From Blepharisma stoltei ATCC 30299 (taxonomy: Eukaryota > Protista > Ciliophora): a stretch of 64,000 bases of DNA. The notes below the pieces were generated by a model. It ran no database searches and had not been told where the DNA came from. It saw only the letters and a list, made by a program, of their open reading frames with translations. The position numbers were made by a program, and so were the translations under genes. Location: positions 124,001-188,000 of the forward strand of contig CBFDEM010000035.1 of assembly GCA_965603825.1 (NCBI GenBank), written 5' to 3'. Each line of letters opens with the position of its first letter. The first letter of the stretch is position 1. Below are positions 1 through 12,250 of the stretch, piece after piece.

Positions 1-378
1 TGATTTGATTCTAGCTCATCTCAACTTATATTTTCAAATTCATTATGACGTGAACTATTTTTAATGGAACAGTCTCTAATTCATCAAAGGCTTCATTGTT
101 TTCATCTTTAATGTGAGCTCGTTTATGGAAAGTTAGCTGACCTACTTTTCTATCAGTTTTCCCATATCAATAGCATGCGTGTGGTTTGCCTCCATAATGA
201 ATATTCATATATTCTCTCAAGTTTTGCCTGCTAGATATATTTTTTACAAATATTGCTTACATGGTCTCTATATGATGCTGCTTCAGGTTGTGCTTTGCTG
301 TATATGTATTTGCGCAGTCTAAATAATAGTAATAGTAGAAAGTGTTTGACACTAAGAGTCCTCTTGATATATGCTCTA
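1..378 (-). pseudogene. Decayed C2H2 zinc-finger paralog (runs off window start)
   Basis: Aligns by eye with 1921-2424 (tgatttgattctag.. at 1 vs 2021). Minus strand reads YYYYLDCANTYTAKHNLKQHHIETM* then SSRQNLREYMNIH..HKRAH, with an in-frame TAA, lost Cys residues, a deletion and no clear ATG. Confidence 0.8.
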
Positions 379-1920
379 TAATATTAATTTATTATAATAA
401 AACGAATATATATACGATACTATGGTTGCTTATTACTCATATTGAGTAACTCGATTTTCTTAATGTAGAAAGAGAATTTATTTAAATATCGTATGAATTA
501 CTTAGCGGATATCTCATTCGGAAGGAAAAATAATTATTAAAAATAAAACCCAGAAAAATGCTAATTAGATTTTATAAGATTTTGCTCAGAAAATACTAAA
601 TAAATATAGAAGATGCAATAATCGGTCAAAAGTTAATTTAATAGCCTAGTAAATAATTGTGAATGTAGATCTATATTTAGAATTATCATTAATGTTTGGA
701 AATTTTTATGCAAAATTTTGTTTATTTTCTTAATTGAGCTTTTTTTTAATATATTTCTGCAGTCTGGATAATAACAGTATAGAGAATACCTGCATTAATA
801 GAATTTTTGATATTTTTCCCTTGATTATTAATGTGATATAAATTTCATAATCATATTAGACATTTTATTTAAATATCTTATAACCTGCTTGAGTGGTGGG
901 TTCTTGGAAGTAAAAAATAATTAAAACTCACGCAATAGCAATTATATTTTATAAAATTTGCGCTATTGAAAATTTTAAAAAATATGTAAAAATGCTATTT
1001 AGTAGCTCTTAAGAATTAGGTTTGGGCAGAATTTGATAGTTATTATGCTCACTAATGTTTAAAATTTAGAGCATATGCAAGTGAACTGCTGGAACAAAGC
1101 TGGCTCCAAGTTTCACAAACAGGATAGATAAAAGGATGCACAAAAAGTAACTTTCATTATAACCCAATGCATTGAAGCGAAAGATTAAAATTTTGATTAA
1201 TAAAGCATTAAATTGAATTTCTAAATTTAAATGTAAACAAAAATAATCCATTTTTCTAATAGAATCAAAATGCATCGAGTTTTAATTTTTTAGTGAATTA
1301 TCAATATTTTGAAGCAGAATTGTAATAAACTTAATAAAGATGCTCTTTTTCTAAGATTTCACTATTACTTATAGTTAGTGATTTTTAAAAAATTATTTTC
1401 TTATAAACCAAAGTTTTACTTAAAGAAAATTAAAAAACATAATAAATTAAGATCATAATTAGAAAATAAGCATCGAAATGATTTTGTCTTTAAAGTTCAA
1501 TCCTAATAAAATATGCAGGCATAAGCTTAAAGTAGAGCTTTTAAAAGACCAGATAATTATAGACAAATTTACAATAATTTGAGCAAAGAATTATGAATAG
1601 AAATTGATGAGACCGAAAAAGGCTTAGTAAAAGCGCAGAAATTTTCAATTTAACCTGATTTTAAAGTATATTGGTGAATAAAAATATCATAGCTCTAATA
1701 AATTTTTCCCCAGAGTCATCAGATTGATAAATTTAGCCTATTTTTCATAGGAAACAATAAAAACTCAATAAAACAAAAGTCCTACGCATTTTTTTATTGC
1801 TTAATAATTCTTTTTAATTATATAAGGATAATTACTGAAAATTAATTTTGATTCGCTCTTCGCTTCCCAAGAATATATTACTTATAAAACAATCAGAATA
1901 ATTTAAGTAAAGTTTAATAG

Positions 1921-2424
1921 TTAGATATTGTTTTCCTTTTTAAGCTTCTTGAGAATGCTGTAAAAAGAAGGTAAGTTTGTCAATTGTTTATAACTTCTTT
2001 GAAGAATTGGCAATTGAGGCTGATTTGATTCTAGTTCTTCCCAGGTTATCTTTTCAAATTGTTTCATAATGAAGCGAGCTATTTTTATTGAAGCTGTGTC
2101 TATTGCTTCAACGGATACTTTTTTTCCATCTTTATTGTGAACTCTTTTATGGATAGATAATTGTTCTTCTTGAATATAGCATTTTCCACAATAATTGCAC
2201 GCAAATGGCTTGGCTCCTTTGTGTATACTCATGTGTTTTTTATAATTTTGCTTGCTTGATAAACATTTTTGGCAAATCTCACATATAAATCTCTTGGTTT
2301 TTAAATGTATAGTTTCTATGTGATGCTTGAGATTAAACTTTGTTGAATATTGATTATTACAGCCTTGATAATAACAACAGTAGAGAGTAGAATATTCTAA
2401 AGTAGCTTTTGATATATCTTCCAT
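1921..2424 (-). CDS. C2H2 zinc-finger protein (3 fingers), 167 aa
   Basis: CYYQGC..HIETIH, CEIC..HMSIH, KPFAC linker, CNYC..HKRVH; ends TAA. Confidence 0.93.
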   Translation of the reverse strand: MEDISKATLEYSTLYCCYYQGCNNQYSTKFNLKHHIETIHLKTKRFICEICQKCLSSKQNYKKHMSIHKGAKPFACNYCGKCYIQEEQLSIHKRVHNKDGKKVSVEAIDTASIKIARFIMKQFEKITWEELESNQPQLPILQRSYKQLTNLPSFYSILKKLKKENNI

Positions 2425-4044
2425 GGTATGATTTTTATTATATCAAAGCGAATATTTAATGAAAATATGGGTTCTGTATTAGTGAAATAAGGAATTATGC
2501 AATTTTCTTCTTAAAAAAGAAAATTTATCTTATATTTTGTAAAATTTTTGAATATTTATATCATTCTGAAAGTAAAAAATTAATTATTAAAAATGACTCT
2601 CACAATAATGCAATTATATTTTATAAAATTATGGAATATGAAATATAGGTAAATATATATGAGATAATAATTTTCTAAATGCTATTAAGGAAGTCTAAAG
2701 AGTAACTACAAATACAAACTTACAGAGAGAAATCTCGAGGCATATTTTCCTAACATTTTTGTATTTCAAATTTAATTAATTTTTAAATAATTTTGTAAGA
2801 AAATTATGGATTTACTCTATATTGTAAGCTTCAAATTTGGTATTTAGCAAATTATTTTAATCTGCGTTTCATACTGAAATTACGGAAAATTTAATTTTTA
2901 AGGTTTTTGCCGATTTTAAGAAATATCCATTGAGTAAGTGCAAAAATTAAAATTCCTTAGAGTATTTCAATTTTTAAGCCTAGTGAAAAATATATTTAAT
3001 TTCATCGAAATTATGAAAACAAATATATATGATATATATTCCATTTTTCTCAAATGGAATTCATTGTGTATTATAATTTTTAAGTAATTATGATTTTTTA
3101 AAGCAGAAATATATTCTGAAAATCTGCGTTAATTTATAATTTTTAAAATTCTGCTAAATAAATAATTTTAAACAAAATTTTTTATTTATTAAAATTAATG
3201 AATACTCGAAATTAATTCTCTATTAACTTGCGATTCTTGCTTGGATTTTTTAAAATAAAACCAAAATGGAATAAAACAATTTTACAAATTTTAATAGGTT
3301 TTTACTATAGATTTTATAAATAAAATTTGAAAAAGCCGTTTTTTAGGCACTTCGCGCAAAAAGTTGCAGAGAGATGTACATACGGGAGCTTCAAGGAGTG
3401 ATGATTCTCTTTGGCCCATATATGTTGAGTCATGAGTGAATGGGTGTTACATCGAGAAGCAATTTTTATGCAGCTTATGAAACTGGAAGCTTATCAGATG
3501 ATTACTAGTGTTTGTTGGAATCTTTTAGGAGTTTGTATTTGAATTCAATTTTTTTAAGTTTGGAGTTTTTTTGAGTGAATTTTGATTTTTTATGATAAAG
3601 AAAAGGCTGATTAAAAGCAAGTGAAGTGCGGGTTTACCGCTTTAAAAGATAAAATAAAATAAAAATAAATAAAATTTGCTCTTAAATATTAATTTCTCAA
3701 GAATAAACTTATTTCCCGAATATGTGGCCAAAAAAATTGGTTTAAGGTTGTAAGTATCAAAGTGTAGGAATTCATCACTCAGCTACCTAGAAAAACCTAT
3801 AATTAATAAGCAAGATATAGCTTTCTTATTTTTATAAGTCTCTTTCTTTCAAAATTTTAAAAAAAAGACAAGCTTAGTTTACTTTTTGTTAATACCTTTT
3901 TTCTCTTATTCAGTCAAGTATTAATTAATTTTTATTCAATATTAAATGGCATTAGCGGGGTGGGGTTTAAAGGCAATTATTTTTTAATAAATAGCTATTA
4001 TCATAATTTTAGAGAATTTTTAAAGTGACATTTATGCACTATTC

Positions 4045-4190
4045 AAATACACTCTCGAAAAAAGATAGGCTTATATCTTTAAAAGAATGCTAAGAGCTGT
4101 AGTGCAGGCTCGAATTCATTCCAAATTATTTTTTTGATTTTTTATATGAGCTCAACTTTTTTAATAGAGTGGTATCTATTTTCTCCATCA
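4045..4190 (-). pseudogene. 3'-end remnant of a C2H2 zinc-finger paralog
   Basis: acactctcgaaaaaagataggctta..ctaagagc..gaattcattccaaattatt resembles 7856-7950 and 6135-6210. Confidence 0.6.
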
Positions 4191-4383
4191 TATTGATAAA
4201 TTTAGCTCTGAGGAAGCAATAAAATTACTAAAGCGAGAATACTACACACCTTAGGACACATAATATCTCTTTTTTAACTTTATAAGGATAATTGATTCAA
4301 AATTCAATTTTTGTTGATTCTTAGCTTCCCAAGATTATATCACTTATAAAACAGCTAAAATATTTTTTAGTAATGTTTAATAA

Positions 4384-4887
4384 TTAGATATTATTTTCCG
4401 TTTTACACCTCTTGAGTGCGCTGCAAAAAGAAGGTAAGCACATCAATTGTTGAGAGCTGCTTTGAAGAGGCGGCAATTGAGGTTGATTTGATTCAAATTC
4501 TTCCCAGGTTATCTTTTCAAATTGTTTCATGACTAGATCAGCTGTTTTTAATGAAGCAGTATCTATTACTTCAACGGTTATTTTTTCTCCATCTTTAGTA
4601 TGAACCCTTTTATGTAGAGTTAACTGAGCTGCTTTCGCATAGCATTTTCCACAGTAGTTGCATGCGAATGGCTTGGCTCCATCGTGTATGCTCTTATGAT
4701 TCTGGTAGTTTTGCTTGCTTGATAAACTTTTTTGACAAATCTCACATATAAACTTCTTGGTTTTTAAGTGTATGGTTTCTATGTGATGCTTGAGATTAAA
4801 CTTCGTTGTATACGTATTATTACAGCCTTGGTAGTAGCAGCAGTAGAGAGTAGAGTATTCTAAACAATTTTTTGATGTATCTTCCAT
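4384..4887 (-). CDS. C2H2 zinc-finger protein (3 fingers), 167 aa
   Basis: Close paralog of 1921-2424 with the same length and finger spacing. Confidence 0.93.
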   Translation of the reverse strand: MEDTSKNCLEYSTLYCCYYQGCNNTYTTKFNLKHHIETIHLKTKKFICEICQKSLSSKQNYQNHKSIHDGAKPFACNYCGKCYAKAAQLTLHKRVHTKDGEKITVEVIDTASLKTADLVMKQFEKITWEEFESNQPQLPPLQSSSQQLMCLPSFCSALKRCKTENNI

Positions 4888-5032
4888 GGTATCAGTTTTT
4901 TATTATAAAAAATCGAACACATAGCGAAAATATGGTTGTTTATTTGTGAAATATGGAGTTACTCGATCTTCTTAATGCTACAAAGGAATTTATTTAATTA
5001 TCATTTGAGTTACTTGGGCAGTTACTTACTTT

Positions 5033-5100
5033 TGGAAGGAAAAAATAATTATTAAAAATGAAACTCCCAAAAATGCGTATTGGATTTTATAAGATTATGG
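5033..5100 (-). promoter_or_regulatory. Conserved upstream block of the zinc-finger family (representative copy)
   Basis: ggaag.aaaaaataattattaaaaatgaaac..attttataa recurs about 130-150 nt upstream of each copy (519, 2567, 5033, 6623, 8463), plus an orphan at 905. Function is inferred only. Confidence 0.4.
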
Positions 5101-6099
5101 CATAGAATTTAGATTGATATATAAGAGGTAATAATTGACTTAAAGCTATAAGTAAACTTAAAGAGCAACTATAAATACAGAATTATAGAGAGAAATCTCG
5201 TAATGTTTTTTTTGGACTAAATTATTAATGTATTTCAGCAAAAATTTAATTTTAAAGAGCTCCTTTATGGTTTTATTAGTTAATGATTGATTTACATTAT
5301 ATTGAAAGCTTCAAGCTCGATATTAAAAAAAATTTTTTCATATGCGTTTCATTTTGAAATTAAGGAAAATTGTATTTTTGTAGGTTTTTTGCTGATTTCA
5401 AGCAAAATTCATTTAGGTAGTATAAAAATTGTAATTTTATAGGCTCATACTATTTGAATTTTTAGCCTAATTAAATATAACATTTAATTTCATTAAATTT
5501 AATGAAAACTAATATATTCCCTTTTTTTCTAAATATGGAATGCACTAGGTTTTTACTTTTTTAGGTAAATATGATTTTTTAAAGCAAAAATATAGCAATT
5601 AATATGATTTCAGTAAGACTTTTATTAAAATCTGTGCCAATTTAGAATTTTTTAATTTCTTAAAATTCACTAAAATCTTTTTCTATAAACAAAAAATTTT
5701 TCCTTATAAAATTAAGGAATATTCGAATTTAAAGTTCTACTGATATGTAGTTCTTTTCCTAATGCTTAAAATAAAACGAAAATAAATAAACAATTTTATA
5801 TGTTTTAAAAGGTCTAATGATAAATTTTTATCATCTATATCTTCAAAGAAGATTTTTTCAGGGAATCCATATGCGAGAACTAAGCCAAAAAATAGCTTAT
5901 GCTAGTTATGAGTCAAATTTTAGGAATCCGCAACCAAAGAAAACTAAAACCTAATGATGAAGATTATTTATAATTCTTCTTCCTTCAGAATCTTTAGAAT
6001 AGCACTGCTTTTTATAAAGCTATGAATTTCAGCAAATAAGTGCGTTTAGCGTTTGCTATACTGCTTACTATTTTTTTTTTCTATTAAGAATCTCTTTGC

Positions 6100-6493
6100 A
6101 GCAAGTGCTATGGAGATGATAAATAGGCTCATCTGATTCGAATTCTTCCCAGATTATTTTTTTAGATTTTTTTGATATAAGCCCAATTTTTTAATAGAGC
6201 GGTATCTATTGCCTCAGCAGCTAAATTTAAACCATTTTTAGTGTGAGTGTGTTTATAGAGAGTTAGCTAGCTGGTTTTTTATCAGATTTTTACAGTTTTG
6301 GAAGAATAGTAGACTGTCTTCTCCATGCATTAAATATTATTGACAAACAATCCATTGGAATTTCTTGACTTTTATATTTGTGATTTCGATGTGATGCTTG
6401 AGATTAAGTTTTATTCTAAAAATACAGATACAGTTTGAGTAGTCACAACAATAAAGAGATTGGCTCTATGTGACCTATTATAATATCTTCCAT
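6100..6493 (-). pseudogene. Decayed C2H2 zinc-finger paralog
   Basis: Retains ATG context (atatcttccat 6483-6493), gatgtgatgcttgagatta (NLKHHIE) and gattcgaattcttcccag (WEEFES), but has stops, indels and lost Zn ligands. Confidence 0.8.
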
Positions 6494-7821
6494 GAATTTA
6501 TTATAATAAAGCAAATATATAACGAAAATATGATTGTTTATTACTGAAATATGGTGTAGTGCGATTTCCTTAATGATAGAGAGGATTTATTTAGATATGA
6601 ATTGCTTGAGCAGATATATCATTTGGAAACAAAAAATAATTGCTAAAATTGAAACCAAAAAATTATTAATTAGATTTTATATGATTTGCTGCAGAAGATA
6701 TTAAATCAATTTATGTAGATTCTTAATTGGTCTTATACTATTTAATAACCCCAATAATTTTATATTTGTGGATATTCATATGGAAGAAAATTTGTATAGT
6801 TTTTCTTCTTAAGATTATTGTGTTAAATAGGCTTACTTATGATTTTATAAGTAAATTATGAATATGCTCAATATTTGAAGCTTAAACTTTGTATTTAAAA
6901 AATAATTATAATCTGCGCTTCAATTTGAAATTAAAGGTAATTGCAATTTTAAAGCTTTCGTTTTTAGGTAAAATTCATCTAGTTTTATAAAAGTTGATAT
7001 TCTAGAGACCAAAACTATTTGAAAATTTAAACTTAACGAAATATAGCATTTTATTTTCATTACATTTAATTAAGGCAAAAAGAAGTTCCCTTTTGTTATC
7101 ATAAAATTAGATGGGATTAAGTTTTACTTTTTTGAGATTTTTTAAGAATAATTTCACTGCAAAATTACACTAATTAATATAATGAGTATTTTAAAGATAA
7201 TTGAAATTTATTAAAAATTTTCAATAAAAATATAAATTTTACTTATTGAAAATTGATGAAAATTCAAATTGATATCTATTGAATCGCAATCATTATTCGA
7301 ATGCTAAAATATTGAAATAATGATTAACAATAGGCGAGTAATTTGAAAACGTTTTAATCAAATGTGCTCATGGTGAAAAGTTTTTTTAAGCGGGTAAAGC
7401 ATTTCTTTACTACTTAACTAAAACCAACCTATCAAGTAAAAAACAAAACAGCTTGGGAAGCTTGAATTCATAGCTAAAACTCAAATCAAACCGCCCTAAC
7501 CATAAAAATCCAGAAAATTATAATTAAATAGAATTCACTTTACCAAAATATACTGAAAAAGCTATTCTTATCATTCCCAAGGACAAATCTATTAATAAAA
7601 TTATATGAAGACCTTAAAACGATCAAAAAACTAGGTTTAAGACATAAGTCTACATTTTACTTCACATGAAATGAAATCAATAATTAGTAAACAAAATTGT
7701 AGCCTTGCCATTAAATTAATCTCTTTACTTTAATAAATCTTGTAATAAAGTTCAAAAAATAAAACCGCGTAAATTTTATCAAATAAACTTTAAATATCTA
7801 CCCTTTAAATAAGCTTAAGGA

Positions 7822-8322
7822 TTAAAAGCTATACCATTTTTTAGCCTTCTTGAGAACACTCTCGAAAGAAGGCAGGCTTACGTCTTGATCAAAATTGCTT
7901 CTAAGAGCCGGTAATTGAGGCTGATTTACATTAAATTCTTCCCAATTTATTTCGGGAGCATTTATTACGAGGCGAGCTGGTTGGAGCGGGGCAGTGTCAA
8001 TTGCATTAACGGCTATATTATTCATTCCATCTTTGCTGTGAATCCGTTGATGGATTATAGCTTGAGATGCTTGTCTATACGATTTCCCACAATGATTACA
8101 TGAAAAAGGTTTGATTCCATCATGGATTTTCATATGCTCTCTTAGGTTCTGCTTCGTTGATAATATTTTTTTGCAAGTTTCACACTTAAATTTCTTTACT
8201 TTTAAATGCTTGGTCTCTATATGATGCTTTAGATTGAACTTCGTTGAGTATGAATTGTAGCAGTTTAGATAATAACAGCAGTAGAGAGTAGTTGACTCTA
8301 AGCATTCTTTGGATATATCCAT
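7822..8322 (-). CDS. C2H2 zinc-finger protein (3 fingers), 166 aa
   Basis: More diverged paralog. Start placed at MDISKE (8322) by homology to MEDISK of the paralogs. Confidence 0.92.
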   Translation of the reverse strand: MDISKECLESTTLYCCYYLNCYNSYSTKFNLKHHIETKHLKVKKFKCETCKKILSTKQNLREHMKIHDGIKPFSCNHCGKSYRQASQAIIHQRIHSKDGMNNIAVNAIDTAPLQPARLVINAPEINWEEFNVNQPQLPALRSNFDQDVSLPSFESVLKKAKKWYSF

Positions 8323-9764
8323 TGTTTGATTATAATAAAACGAATATATCATTAATATTATGGTATTTTGTTACTGCAATATGGAGATTGATGAATTTTC
8401 GTAATTTTAAAGAAAATTTTTTTAAACAGGATTTGAATTTCTTTTGAAGATATCTCATTTATAGATAAAAAATTTGATTTATTAAAAATGAAACTCATTA
8501 AAAAACAATTTGTTTTTTTTAAATTAAACAAAAATTTTAGAGAGTAACTCCTCAAAGTCTATTGCATTTCGATAAAAATTAATTTTGAAATGAGTTTAGT
8601 CCTTAATTCACTAGTAGGATTTCAAGAAATTTGGCAAATAAAAAAGAATTTTATATCTATGATGGAATGCTGCTATTTGATGCAATATGCAGAATGAGAT
8701 TATAAAAATCAAAATTTTTGCATCTAAGACTATCTGAAAATGTAAAAAATCGTGTGAAATGTACATTTCTAAAAATTTAAAATTTCCTAAATTTAAAAAG
8801 GTTGTTTTAACTTTTGTAAATGAGCTAAGACTTTTCAATGAGAGTGATATGGATTAATGCATTAAAAACGCTTTTTGGTTTATTAAAAGTCGAAAAAATA
8901 ATGTTTTCTTGCCAACGCAATATATCTAAATTTTATAAAACTCAATCAATATCTTCACATTTGATGCGCTTTAATTGCAATGAATTTATAAAAAACCAAA
9001 AATTTAAAAGATAATAATAAAAGACATAAGATTTGCTAAAGAAATATTGAATCAATTGGAAAAGTTGATAATTAGTATAAACAATGATAAGAAATCAAAA
9101 AAAAATAGTTTTAAGTAGAAATAGAGAAGATCCAATATATTTTTCTTCTTGATTATTAAATTTAGCCAAAATATAATTTAAGAGAGCTGATTTTTGTTTA
9201 CCTATGAAAACTATAGATTTGCTATATTTTAATCTGCGTTTCATTTTGTAAAAAGGGTTTTTTTCTTAAGATCATCTTTCAACTTTTGGTAATATTTATT
9301 GAAATTATAGTAAGATTGATAATCTAATGGTCAAATTCAAGCTTAATAACTATCAAATTACTAAAAAAAGCTGATATTATTTTAAGGATAATTGCCAATT
9401 TTGGAAAATTCATCAAATTTGAAATGAGGCTTTATTGATTTGCGATTATTATCAAAATAATAAAATATAAAGATAATAAATAAAAAAAATTAATGAGTTG
9501 GTTTGATCTTCTTTTTAGCAAGTGTGTTCCTTTTAAATTTTTTTAAGGTGAATAGGAATATTTTATTTTCTTTTCTATTTGCCTAGAACGCTTCAAAGGC
9601 ACAAGTAAAGAACTCTGGAAAATTAGGGAATAAGGAATCAAAACAGGAAAATTACAATTAACGAGAGAAATGCTGCATAACAGCGATAAAATAATTTACT
9701 AATCTAATATTATTAGAGCTTACACAAAAAATAAAATCTTAAAAATTAAAATTTACTGTAGACT

Positions 9765-9834
9765 AAATTACCCTTTAAATCAAGCTTTAGAATGAGAGAT
9801 AATTGAATTTCTGAGAACACTCTCAAAAGAAGGT
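9765..9834 (-). pseudogene. Truncated 3' tip of a further zinc-finger copy
   Basis: taccctttaaat..aagctt..tgagaacactctcaaaagaagg matches 7799-7872. Upstream 9220-9560 resembles 6900-7390. Confidence 0.6.
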
Positions 9835-9873
9835 CAAATAAAAAATAATTTTTTTAACATTAATAGTTATTGA

Positions 9874-12207
9874 TTATAGCTTCCTTAATCCTATAAATCC
9901 CTCTCCTTTAGAATCTCCAGAATAAGACAAACTTAGCCTGCTTTTTCTAGGTAATGATAAAAATTCAACAAAAGAGAATCCTACACATTTATTATACTCC
10001 TTAACAACTCCTTTTCCATTCGTAGAAGTAATAATTGGCTCTCCATTCAATATTAGCTGAATATTTGCTTGCTCTTCTGAATATACACCTACTGTGAACT
10101 CATAAACCCCAGAATCCTCAACTCCAATATAAATCCTTTCTTCCTCCCACAAAAATAGCTGAGGATTCGTATTTATGCTTTGTACCTCCCAAGGGATAAA
10201 ATGAGTTTTTTTGAGTTTCCCAGACTTTCACAGCCACCTGCCAAGACAAATTTCTGAGCAAAGGGTATTTATAATGATATTTTGGTCTTCTATAAAGTTC
10301 GAAAAATCTTCAGAAGGCAATTTTGTATCAATTTCATTATGAATTGACAATAAAGTTTCATTGATATTATCGATACTTGGCTTAGAGTCAATAAGTTTGC
10401 ATATCTCTATAGGAGCTTTTTGTGAAATTTGATCATTTAATAGCTTAATTTGGTCTTTTAATTCGTCAAAAAGAGTACTATCATTAATATTCTTAATTTC
10501 TTGTCTTAATTCATCAATTTGTTTAGCTAGCACATCAAAGTCTTTATACCTTACCCTTTCGCTCAGCATTTGTTCAAAATCTTTTTCTTCATAACTTCTT
10601 CTAATTAAATTTCTAGCCTTTTCAAGGGTTTCATTTTGCAAAGAGCCATATTTAATTTTTATGTCCTCTTTCAGATCTTGTATAATCCCTATTAATTGTT
10701 TATTTTTTCCTTGCAGAATTCCTTCAACTTCGTTTATGTCAGCTTTGTGGTCTAGATATTTTATAATATTTTGACTAAATTCATCAAATTCTTTTCGGTC
10801 TATTTTCATTTCTAGAATATCCCTGAATTTCATTAATTTTTCGACTGTGTCTCTTATATCAGCATTTATATCATTTTTATTTCTTTCCCAGTTCCTAAAG
10901 GATTCCCAATTTTTTTCGTGGAATTTTTTCATATTTTGTATTTCCCCTCTTAAAAATTCTAGCTCTTCTTGAAATATTTTTTCATTTTTATCATCTTCTT
11001 GTGTTTTTTGCATTATAAAATCTTTTATATGTGCCCGATCTAGGTTGTTTTCGCTTCGAAATGAATTTATCATCTCTATTGTTTCGTTTCTTAAGTCTTG
11101 CAATGTTAATTCTACTTTTTTGGAGTCAGCTTTTGTGCTGAGCTCTGATTTAACTAGCTCCAAAGATGGAGCATTTGGGAGGGTGCTTATTCTGACTTTT
11201 TGGATTTCTGTGGTTAGTTCTGCAATGTATCTGTCTACGTTTTCTATATGTTTAGAAAATTGGAGATCTAAGCTTGATGTGGATGCTTTGGTGAATTCTG
11301 CCAGCATGTCTTTGCATTGGTTTTCAATACGCTTTTTGAAGGTTAGCTCATTTTTTTCGATTTTTGATATTTTTTCGCTAAGTTGTTCAAATCATGTGGA
11401 GTCTGCTTTACTTTCTATTGCTGTTAATAATGTTTTTATATCGGCTGAGTCAGCTTTTTTTTGTAAATCTGATTTTTCAGCTTTTTTCTTGAGTGCTTTA
11501 TTTAGGATTTCTTCAGTGTTTTTACTAATGGTTTCTTCAATTCTTTTGGTTTCATCATTTATTATATCCTCAACTTGTTTAATTTCTTCTTTAATATCTC
11601 CAGCTAATTTTTGGAAATCTTGCATATGGACTACTTCATTAAAAATTGTCTGAATCTCCTCCGTCACAATTTTTTCTACCTCATTTTTTTCTAGTTTTGC
11701 TTTGACTTCATCAGATAAATTCTGAAAATCTTGCATTTGTGGTACTTCCAATAACGCAGTTTGGATTTCTTTATAAACTAAGTTCACTTGTTCATAAACT
11801 CTATCAATTTCTGTCTTTAATTCTCTGCTATTAGCTTTTCCTTCAATCATTGACTTGACGTCTTCATAACTTGCTTTATTCATTAGCAGTTTTTGTACTT
11901 CACTTAGGCTAACTTTTTCGTCAATTAATGTGATTCTTCCTTCAAAAATGCTTTGGACGTGGGAAAATTTAGATGATAGCTCTGAAATGCTTGCTTTTTC
12001 AGCTAACTCAGCTGAAAGCTCATGCCTGGTCACTCTGTTTGATAACTGAAGCTCTAGGTCATGGATAGCTTTGGATTGTAGGTTAAGAAAATCTGCTATA
12101 GCTTTGAATTCGCTGATAATAATTGGCTGGATGTTGTGTCAAGAATCTTTGTCAGCTAGAATTTGCTCAATTACGTACATGTCAGGGTTTTGAGTAGAAA
12201 AAGACAT
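9874..12207 (-). CDS. Long coiled-coil protein with C-terminal C1q-like beta domain, 777 aa
   Basis: Three track ORFs plus an N-terminal extension join in frame through TGA at 12139, 11392 and 10228. C-terminus reads GRWL[W]KSG..IPWEVQSINTNP..GVYEF..FIGLRKL; repeated KAD/KAS heptads. Confidence 0.85.
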
Positions 12208-12250
12208 AAGCCGGGATTTAATAATTAAAAATTAAAATAGAAACAATTAA

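Larger units (their letters stand above)
1..9834. repeat. Degenerate tandem segmental duplications (units of roughly 2-2.5 kb) carrying the zinc-finger genes and flanks
   Basis: Shared flanks: 1717-1920 vs 4186-4383; 2425-3300 vs 4888-5810 vs 6494-7330. Recurrent (aatc)tgcgtttcat at about 2860, 5342, 6910 and 9231. Confidence 0.85.

Noticed and set aside
1066-1275. 69-aa ORF (also 8358-8555, 8611-8838, 23102-23335, 61366-61584)
   Set aside because: F/L/I/K-rich translations of AT-rich spacer, mostly with non-ATG starts and no motifs.
7490-7502. CCCTAAC and 3955-3968 G-runs as telomeric repeats
   Set aside because: Single partial units with no tandem array.
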